Below, in pieces: positions 63,421 to 64,000 of a stretch of DNA of 64,000 bases. Numbering within the stretch: the first letter of the stretch is position 1; the number at the start of each line of letters is the position of its first letter. The stretch lies in NCBI RefSeq assembly GCF_009914755.1, contig NC_060944.1. The stretch is one strand, 5' to 3'. The notes beneath the pieces are model-generated. The model was not told the origin of the DNA and ran no database searches. It was given only the letters and a program-made list of their open reading frames with translations. Both the position numbers and the translations under genes were made by a program. The DNA is from the human T2T-CHM13v2.0 reference genome, Homo sapiens.

Positions 63421-64000
63421 TTGGCTTTCGTGCTGAGCAAGCTGGGGGCCGGGATGTCCCAGCACAGGAGGGACAGGACCTGAGCAAGGTTTTAAGTCCC
63501 CCGGGGCCATGTGTGGAGACCCACTGTGGGAGTGAAGGGGAAGGCAGGGAACCCTGGGAGAAGGCCACTCAGTGGGCCGGGTATGGTGGAGCTGGACCAG
63601 GGTGGAGGCCAGGGAGATGGGACACGGGGCCAGAGCAGGAAGAAAGGGTGGCAGCAGGAAAAAAGCATGAGCACGCAGGGTCTATGCGTTGGTTGAATTT
63701 TTCCTTAGAAGCCTCAACCTCAGCATACCCCTTATTTGTCAGAGGTGGGTCACCACCTGCCAATCACAGTCTCACGGGCAGGTCCCGTGAGCCCCCTGGA
63801 GCTGCTGCCCTGGGCTGGGCATGTGGCCTCAGACCTGGGGGTCTGGCAGCAGGAGGGGGCACAGGCAGTGGGGAGTGACCCCACCCCATGTGGCCACAGC
63901 CTCAGCAGGTTACTGCATCTGGGTCTGTGGTCCTTAAAGTGGGGACAGTGCCCTGGCGAGTCGTTGGGAAGATGAAGTGGGCGCTGTGAGCAGACAGCTG

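Overview
This is primate, very probably human, genomic DNA: it contains AluJ/AluS, THE1, MER41B, LTR8, MLT1/MLT2, MIR, L2, old L1 and hAT/Tigger MITEs. It reads as intergenic or intronic sequence. I found no supportable protein-coding exon, RNA gene, CpG island, CRISPR array or prokaryote-type system, and the ORFs I examined trace to Alu, L2, LTR, microsatellite or random open frames. Repeat names are from recalled consensus sequences, so subfamily calls and fuzzy ends need RepeatMasker/Dfam confirmation. The most unusual signals are several short-range templated duplications: (1) a gapless 271-bp, ~94%-identical inverted repeat of a MER21-type LTR segment (35459-35729 / 36137-36407) with a fold-back quasi-palindrome at its junction; (2) a ~121-bp copy of a nearby L2 segment inserted in a MER2 MITE; (3) a ~121-bp copy of an L2/MLT2 junction placed just upstream of a TATA plus strong splice donor. 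Also notable are a MER41B with two intact GAS/STAT sites, a 32-bp-stem pre-miRNA-like hairpin, nested TE insertions with readable target-site duplications (TSDs), and several repeat-free, motif-dense candidate enhancers. I cannot support a wholly new biological system from sequence alone.
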